DNA of 64,000 nucleotides from a candidate division FCPU426 bacterium (GTDB lineage Bacteria; Oederibacteriota; JAAXVQ01; JAUVAV01): NCBI GenBank assembly GCA_040756875.1, contig JBFLYH010000002.1, positions 799,078 to 863,077 of the forward strand, read 5' to 3'. Shown piece by piece: positions 58,177 to 64,000 of this stretch (position 1 is its first letter; each line of letters starts with the position of its first letter). The notes under the pieces were generated by a model. It saw only the letters and a program-made list of their open reading frames with translations, ran no database searches and was not told where the DNA came from. The position numbers and the translations under genes were made by a program.

Positions 58177-61083
58177 ATGAAAAGAAAGTGGCTGAGCCTG
58201 ATGCACGGGTGTCTGCTGGCCTGCCTGCTGGCAGCGGGCGGGAGCGCGGTTGCGTCCGCCGCGGACGACGAGAAGCAGCCGCCCTCCCCGGCCTGGGGCG
58301 GCCAACCGGTCAAGCGCACCTGGGGCTCGCCGGACAGCCAGGAGGAATTCGAGGAGCAGGTTCGGGAGCGCGCCGAGGAGGGCGGCGAGCTGCTTACCGC
58401 CCCATTGGCGGTTGACGAGGAGCCGACGGCTGCACCCACGTCCGCGTCCACGCCTGTTCCCGCGCCAGCGGTTCGCACTCCCCTGATCAAGCAGTACATT
58501 TACAAGCCCAAGGACTCCCCGCCGCCGGCGCCAGAACCCGAGGAAGGCGTGGAGCTGGACACCGCGCCCCTGGCCGGTTCCGAAGGGCCGGAGCAGCGGG
58601 TGATTTCGCTGCAGGCGCGGCTGGACCGGAACCCAGTGCATTTGGACGAGAGCTTTGCGCTGGTGGTGGAGATCCTGGCCGCGGACCTCGACCGCCTGCC
58701 CCCTGTCAAGCCCCCTCGCCTGCCGGAACTGAATCTGATCAACACCTACCAATCGCAAACGAGGATCGTGCGCCAGGGAACCGGCTGGTGGCTGAAAACC
58801 CAAGGGTTCGTCTATTTGGCCCGGCGTCCCGGCCGGTTCACGCTTCCGGGGATAAGCATGACCGCCGGCGGCCGGACGTACAGAACGCCAAACCTGGAGA
58901 TCGAAGTCGAAGGGTCGCGCAGCGGGCAAAGCTACCGCTCGCCGCTCTCCGGCGAACGGTACCAGCAGGGCGCGATCGTCCCCGGCGCCCCGGACATCGG
59001 CCACCTGGGCGAGCAAACCGGAGGAGCAGAGAGCGAATTTTTCGCCCGCCTGTCCGCGGCCAAGGCTTACGTCAATCAGGAAATCATCCTGACCGTGCAC
59101 CTGACGTATACAGTGGGCGAACGCACATCCGTGACCTACCGCCCGCCTGAAGCCGCGGGGTTTCTCATCGAGGAGCTGCCCGAGGAAAAAGCCGAGGAAC
59201 TGGTTTCCGGCGCCAGGCAGCGGAGCGTCGCGCACAAGTACCGGATGGCGCTGTTCGCCGTACGGCCCGGTGCCTTGACCATCGGCCCGGCGCAAGCCAT
59301 CTTTACCGACGCGGGCAGCAGCCGCACCCTGCAAACCGAACCCCTGGTGGTGGATATCACAGCCCTGCCGCCGGACCCCGAAGCACCGGACGCCGGCGGC
59401 CTGGTGGGCCGGTTCCAGCTGGAGCCGGATGTGCTGGAGATGCCTCGCGTGGGCAGTCCGGCCCGCGTCAGCCTGCGGCTCAGCGGGCAAGGCAACCTGC
59501 GGGCAGCGCCCGAACCCGCCTGGTCCGTGCCCAGCGGCTGCCGGTTGTTCCTGGAGAACCGGCAGGACGAATTGCAGCCGCAAGCCGAAGGGTTGTTCGG
59601 CACGCGGACGTATGCCTATTGGCTGATCTGCGACCAGCCCGGCGCCTTGCGGCTGGGGCCGGCCCGGATCCGCTATTTTGACCTGGGGCGAAAACAATGG
59701 TCCGAGGCCACAGCCGAGCTTCCGGTCCTGACTGTCGCCCCCAAGCCCGAAGCCGCCGCGGTCAAGGTTTCCTCGGCGGCAGCCCGGAAACTGAGTTTGA
59801 ATCCGGACCGCAGCAGCACCCGGCCGCTGCGCCCGGCGCCGCCCTGGAAATTGGCGACGCTGGGGTTCTGGGCCTGGCAGGGCATCGGGCCCGCGCTCCT
59901 GGGGATGTTATGGTGGGGGCGGCGCCAGCGAGAACGGGCGCGGGCCGAGGCCTCGACCTTGCGCGTCCGCCGCGCCTATGCCCAGGCCCGCAAGGCGCTG
60001 CGCCTGCTAAAGGGCTACATCCGCCGCCGCGAAGACCAGAAATTCTACGACGGCGTGGCCAGGACTGCGGCCGAGTACCTCTCAGCCAAATTAAACCAGC
60101 CCAGCGTGTTCGTCAACCTGGACCGCCTGCCGGATTTTTTCGGTCCGTACCACGTGCCGCCGGAATTATTGTCGCGTTTCCGCATTGCCTTGACGGCCAT
60201 TGAATACGTCCGGTACGCAGCCGTGGTCCTGCCCAACAAGGACATGGAATCCCTGAGGCAGGACCTGGAAAACGCAGTCGAGCAATTCGAGAAATTTTGG
60301 CAGAGCCGGCAGCGGTCGCAGCCGCGTCCGCCGTTGGCGCCCTGGGCAGGGTTGCTCCTGGTGGCGGTCTGTGCGCAGGCGGCCTGGGGGCAGGAGGAGG
60401 AATTGCGCCGCCTGCGGGGCGCCACGCTGGCCGAGCAGGGCGATTTGGCGGGGGCCGAGGCCGAATACCGGGCGATCCTGAACCTGGGCGTGACGGATCC
60501 GGAAGTGTTTTACAACCTGGGCAATGTTTATCTGCGGCAGGGAAAAGTCGGTCCCGCGGTTTTAGCTTACGAACGGGGCTTGCGCCTGGCACCCCGCGAC
60601 CCGGATTTAAAGCACAATTTAAAACAGGCCGAGGAACTTGTGGCCCAAATGTCGGAAGCGCCGCAGCCAAGAGACCCGGGTTGGGGAGGAGGCCTGTACC
60701 GGGCGGCCACGGCCAATGAACTTGCGGTCATGGCTTCTGTCTTCTATTATTTAATGCTGTTGCTGGTGGGGTTGAGAGGGTGGTGGCCGAAAAAATTCGG
60801 CCGCTTCCTCTGGGGCGTCTGGCTGGGAGCGGGGCTGGCGGTTGCTTTCGGCCTGTGGAGCGCGGCCCGGCAGTTTGAACCGCGTTGGCACAAACAAGGG
60901 GTGGTTTTGGTAGCCGGCGCGAGCGTCCATAGCCGGCCTTACACCCAGGCCGAGACCCTGTATGCCTTGCCCGAGGGGACGAGGGTCAGGGTTCGGGCCG
61001 AGGAAGAGGCTTGGGTCGAAATCGACTTCGCGCCGCACCAGCAGGGCTGGATCAGCCGCAGCGCGGTGGGCTGGATCGAATGA
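58177..61083 (+). CDS. BatD-BatE-like fusion (BatD repeats, TM, TPR, SH3-like)
   Basis: Signal peptide, BatD-type repeats (VGRF, LSGQGNL, YFD...W), TPR FYNLGNVY..GPAVLAYERGLRLAPRDPD, SH3-like LPEGTRV..W....GWI; start 58168 or 58177. Confidence 0.85.
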   Translation: MKRKWLSLMHGCLLACLLAAGGSAVASAADDEKQPPSPAWGGQPVKRTWGSPDSQEEFEEQVRERAEEGGELLTAPLAVDEEPTAAPTSASTPVPAPAVRTPLIKQYIYKPKDSPPPAPEPEEGVELDTAPLAGSEGPEQRVISLQARLDRNPVHLDESFALVVEILAADLDRLPPVKPPRLPELNLINTYQSQTRIVRQGTGWWLKTQGFVYLARRPGRFTLPGISMTAGGRTYRTPNLEIEVEGSRSGQSYRSPLSGERYQQGAIVPGAPDIGHLGEQTGGAESEFFARLSAAKAYVNQEIILTVHLTYTVGERTSVTYRPPEAAGFLIEELPEEKAEELVSGARQRSVAHKYRMALFAVRPGALTIGPAQAIFTDAGSSRTLQTEPLVVDITALPPDPEAPDAGGLVGRFQLEPDVLEMPRVGSPARVSLRLSGQGNLRAAPEPAWSVPSGCRLFLENRQDELQPQAEGLFGTRTYAYWLICDQPGALRLGPARIRYFDLGRKQWSEATAELPVLTVAPKPEAAAVKVSSAAARKLSLNPDRSSTRPLRPAPPWKLATLGFWAWQGIGPALLGMLWWGRRQRERARAEASTLRVRRAYAQARKALRLLKGYIRRREDQKFYDGVARTAAEYLSAKLNQPSVFVNLDRLPDFFGPYHVPPELLSRFRIALTAIEYVRYAAVVLPNKDMESLRQDLENAVEQFEKFWQSRQRSQPRPPLAPWAGLLLVAVCAQAAWGQEEELRRLRGATLAEQGDLAGAEAEYRAILNLGVTDPEVFYNLGNVYLRQGKVGPAVLAYERGLRLAPRDPDLKHNLKQAEELVAQMSEAPQPRDPGWGGGLYRAATANELAVMASVFYYLMLLLVGLRGWWPKKFGRFLWGVWLGAGLAVAFGLWSAARQFEPRWHKQGVVLVAGASVHSRPYTQAETLYALPEGTRVRVRAEEEAWVEIDFAPHQQGWISRSAVGWIE

Positions 61084-61088
61084 ATTAC

Positions 61089-61149
61089 CCCGCGATTAAT
61101 CGCGGGATTTTCAATATCATGCTCCCTTATCCCCGCCCTGAAAGGCGGG
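61089..61149. repeat. Pair of GC-rich palindromes resembling IS200/IS605-end or REP-type hairpins
   Basis: cccgcgattaatcgcggg (perfect 18-bp palindrome) and cccgcc-ctgaaa-ggcggg. Confidence 0.55.
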
Positions 61150-61196
61150 ATTTCTAAAAAGCGAAAAGGTATGAACAGGCAAAAGGAGGAGCGAAG

Positions 61197-61721
61197 ATGA
61201 AAACAGCGGATCTGAAGGGCACTTTGGTCCGGGTGGCAGAGCAAATGGTGCTTGCCGCCACTACGGCGCCCAAAGGGCGGGGCCTGATGTTCCTGGAAGC
61301 AGCGATCATGGAGCGCGACGACATTCTCCGCCTGGCTGGCGAGATGGAGAAAATCGGAAACGAACAGAACGCGGCCGCTTTTACAAGGGACGCCGGTAAT
61401 TTGCGCGAGCATGTCCAGGTGGCGGTATTGCTGGGCACGCGCTTTCAAACCCTGGGCCTCAAATACTGCGGCTTGTGCGGTTTCGTCAACTGCGCGGACA
61501 ACGAAGCCCACAGCGGCATTTGCGTCTTCAATCCCGGCGATTTGGGCATTGCCCTTGGCTCGGCGGTTTCCGTGGCCGCCCAAGCCCACGTGGACAACCG
61601 CATTATGTACACCATGGGTATGGCTGCGCTTTCCCTGCAGTTGTTGGGGCCAGAGGTGCGGCTGGCTTTTGGGATTCCCTTAGCCGCCACCCACAAGAAC
61701 CCGTTTTTCGACCGCAAGTGA
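61197..61721 (+). CDS. DUF2148-like ferredoxin-domain protein
   Basis: AA.TAPKGRG, F.RDA.N, CGLCGFVNC, DLGIALGSA, VDNRIMYT, KNPFFDR. Confidence 0.8.
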   Translation: MKTADLKGTLVRVAEQMVLAATTAPKGRGLMFLEAAIMERDDILRLAGEMEKIGNEQNAAAFTRDAGNLREHVQVAVLLGTRFQTLGLKYCGLCGFVNCADNEAHSGICVFNPGDLGIALGSAVSVAAQAHVDNRIMYTMGMAALSLQLLGPEVRLAFGIPLAATHKNPFFDRK

Positions 61722-61846
61722 AAAGGCCGCGCGGACTCGCGGGCGGCGGGGTCTAAAGAACACAGCGTATTACCGGCCGACCCGGGGACGAGCCGGCGGT
61801 CAGAACCCGCCAGCGGGCGGATAAAAACCAGAAAGGAGCAAGTGCC

Positions 61847-62056
61847 ATGAAGAAGAACATGGGAACTGCGGATCGGGTCATTCGCACGTTGTTGGCCATT
61901 GTAATAGGAGTGCTGTATTTTACCAATGTGGTCGGCGGCACGCTGGGATTGGTGCTGTTGATCTTGGCCGTTGTGTTTCTGCTGACCAGCCTGTTTAGTT
62001 TTTGCCCGTTATACGCGCTGTTCGGCATCAGCACCTGCCCGGCGCCGAAGTCCTGA
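61847..62056 (+). CDS. DUF2892 (YgaP-like) membrane protein
   Basis: MKKNMG.ADRVIR...FCPLY.LFGISTC. Confidence 0.9.
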   Translation: MKKNMGTADRVIRTLLAIVIGVLYFTNVVGGTLGLVLLILAVVFLLTSLFSFCPLYALFGISTCPAPKS

Positions 62057-62082
62057 CCGCCAGAGCGGCCAGCCCCACGGCC

Positions 62083-62118
62083 GGAGCGCGAGCAAACCGC
62101 TTGCGCTCCAGCTTTTTT
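62083..62118 (+). terminator. Intrinsic terminator
   Basis: Stem ggagcgcgagc/gcttgcgctcc followed by agctttttt. Confidence 0.7.
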
Positions 62119-62228
62119 CTGCCCGCCCAAAAAACCGTTGACGCGCCGCTTTTTTCCGGCAAAGATGGAAAACGCATTCACCCGCGCGCAAACTCAGCTG
62201 AACCCGTTGCCAGCCAAGGAGGCCATCG

Positions 62229-63593
62229 ATGCCCGCTAAATGCCAGCCTGCCACGCCTGCAATTCCGCCCCGAGAGGAAGGACTGTCCCTGGGCTTGCGC
62301 CTGTTTGTGATCGCGTTTTTGGCGGCGGCTCTGCTGATCCCATCGTTTCTCGTCAACCTGCTCGTGGACGAGCGCAACCGCCGCAAAGAGCAGGTGGTGT
62401 ACGAAGTGGCGGACCAGTGGTCCGGCGGTGGACAAATCTTGACCGCCCCGGTGCTGACGCTGCCTTATCGCTATGATTATCAGGACGAGAAGGGGCAGGC
62501 CCAGCATGAAGTCCGTTACGCCCACTTTCTGCCCGACAAGCTCTGGATCCAGGGGAAAATGGCGCCGGAAATCAGGTACCGCGGCATCTATCGCGTCGCG
62601 CTGTACCAGGCGGAATTGGTGGTCAGCGGACGCTTCTCCCGGCCGGATGTGGCGGCGCTCAACCTGGATCCGAACCGGGTTTTATGGAGGGACGCGTTCC
62701 TCACCCTGGGCTTGGCGAACACCAAAGGCCTGCAGGAGCAGGTTTACCTGACCTGGAACCAGAGCCCCATCCAAGCCGAACCCGGCGTGCTGTGCAAGGA
62801 CGTGGTGGAAGCGGGCATTACCGTCAGAGTGCCGGTCACGCCCGGCCCGGACGCGTACGACTTTATGTTTCCTCTCAAGCACAGCGGGCATGATTACCTG
62901 TCTTTCGTGCCGCTGGGAAAAATCACCGAGGTCAAGCTGGAGGCGCCCTGGGGCGATCCCAGCTTCATCGGCGCCTTTTTGCCGGACGAACGCCAAATCC
63001 AGCCCAACCGCTTCGCCGCCCGCTGGCAGGTGATCGACCTGAACCGCAATTTTCCCCAGCAGTGGCTCGGTTCCGGACAGCAGGTGGGAGCGGCCAGCTT
63101 CGGTGTGCGCTTGTTCCAGCCTGTGGACCACTACCAAAAGACCACCCGCACCACCAAATACGCGGTCATGTTTATCGGGCTGACCTTCCTGGCGCTGTTT
63201 CTGCTCGATGTGCTGGGTCGCGCCGGCCAGCGCCAAGTCCATCCGGTCCAATACCTGCTCATCGGCATGGCCCTGGTGGTTTTCTATGTCCTGCTGTTGT
63301 CGCTCTCCGAGCACATCGGGTTCGGCTGGGCCTACCTGGCGGCGAGCGCGGGCATCATAGCGCAAATTGCGCTGTATACCAAGAGCGTGCTGGCCAATGG
63401 GCGCCAGACCGGCCTGATCGGAATCATCCTGGCCGTGTTGTACGCCTACCTGTATATTGTTCTGCAGCTGGAGGATTACGCCCTGTTGATCGGCAGCCTC
63501 AGTCTGTTTGCCGTGATCGGGGTCGTCATGTATCTGACGCGGAAAGTGGATTGGTCCAGCCTGGGCAAAACCACGGTTACGCTCAAGCCGTAA
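62229..63593 (+). CDS. creD: Cell envelope integrity inner-membrane protein CreD
   Basis: RYRGIY, PSFIGAFLP, YQKTTRTTKYA, HPVQYLLIG, LSLSEHIGF, EDYALLIGS, MYLTRKVDW. Confidence 0.92.
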   Translation: MPAKCQPATPAIPPREEGLSLGLRLFVIAFLAAALLIPSFLVNLLVDERNRRKEQVVYEVADQWSGGGQILTAPVLTLPYRYDYQDEKGQAQHEVRYAHFLPDKLWIQGKMAPEIRYRGIYRVALYQAELVVSGRFSRPDVAALNLDPNRVLWRDAFLTLGLANTKGLQEQVYLTWNQSPIQAEPGVLCKDVVEAGITVRVPVTPGPDAYDFMFPLKHSGHDYLSFVPLGKITEVKLEAPWGDPSFIGAFLPDERQIQPNRFAARWQVIDLNRNFPQQWLGSGQQVGAASFGVRLFQPVDHYQKTTRTTKYAVMFIGLTFLALFLLDVLGRAGQRQVHPVQYLLIGMALVVFYVLLLSLSEHIGFGWAYLAASAGIIAQIALYTKSVLANGRQTGLIGIILAVLYAYLYIVLQLEDYALLIGSLSLFAVIGVVMYLTRKVDWSSLGKTTVTLKP

Positions 63594-63769
63594 ACATCGT
63601 CTAGCTGCATACAGGGCGAGCCCGGATCGAAACAGAAACATGTAATAAACCACGCCCAATAAACGTCCTACCTAAGACAAAACCGGAACGAGTATACTAT
63701 TTTTGCTTGCTTTAAGCGGTGACATCAGGTATACAAAAAAATGTGCAAAAGCGCCGGTAGGGATCAAGC

Positions 63770-64000
63770 ATGGCAAAATTAGGCATTTATATTTCCATAT
63801 CTCTTTCCTTCGTCCTTCCCTTGGCAACGGGTACAATCGTCAACGCCTCGATGCCGGCAAATGGTTATGAATATTGGTTTGACGATTTTGAAGGCATGCC
63901 CGGCGACCAACCTTCCAAATGGCAGGACCGCACTCAAAATCCGGCGTTTAGTTCGGAAATAACCTACGACAGCATTTCGTCCTTTGCCGTGGTTTCTCCC
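63770..64000 (+). CDS. Exported protein, partial (runs off the right edge)
   Basis: Open frame MAKLGIYISISLSFVLPLATGTIVNASMPANGYEYWFDDFEG... with a signal-peptide-like start; no stop before the window end. Confidence 0.55.
   Translation, partial: MAKLGIYISISLSFVLPLATGTIVNASMPANGYEYWFDDFEGMPGDQPSKWQDRTQNPAFSSEITYDSISSFAVVSP

Overview
This 64 kb window contains the replication origin of a diderm-looking bacterium. The lineage cannot be named from sequence alone, but T9SS-type sorting domains occur here without a Bacteroidota-like gene context. The left arm has a partial RND permease, six tRNA genes (four Ser, one Ala, one Arg), tadA, fixC/fixX, a two-component pair, serS and gyrB. The centre has a rearranged origin cluster: rpmH-rnpA-yidD-yidC-jag-mnmE-rsmG-recF-dciA-gyrB-serS on the minus strand and dnaA-oriC-dnaN-gyrA on the plus strand. 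It includes two parS sites and a B. subtilis-type DnaA-box/DnaA-trio unwinding element. GC content drops smoothly and steeply around parS/oriC. The right arm has a degenerate (His-less) sensor kinase and a CapA-family lipoprotein. A long same-strand envelope locus follows: TPR protein, two beta-propeller proteins with T9SS-like C-terminal domains, a PorV-like barrel-TPR fusion, and moxR-DUF58-hyp-batA-batBC. A 14 kb block then separates batBC from batDE. The block encodes two putative outer-membrane barrels, a TcB-TcC (SpvB/FG-GAP/RHS) fusion with a papain/C39-like protease tip, and a shortened TcA-like translocator with an added PKD domain. This compact Tc-like toxin system inside a Bat/T9SS-like locus is the best candidate for an undescribed system. 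All family calls come from motif recognition by eye; no database searches were run.
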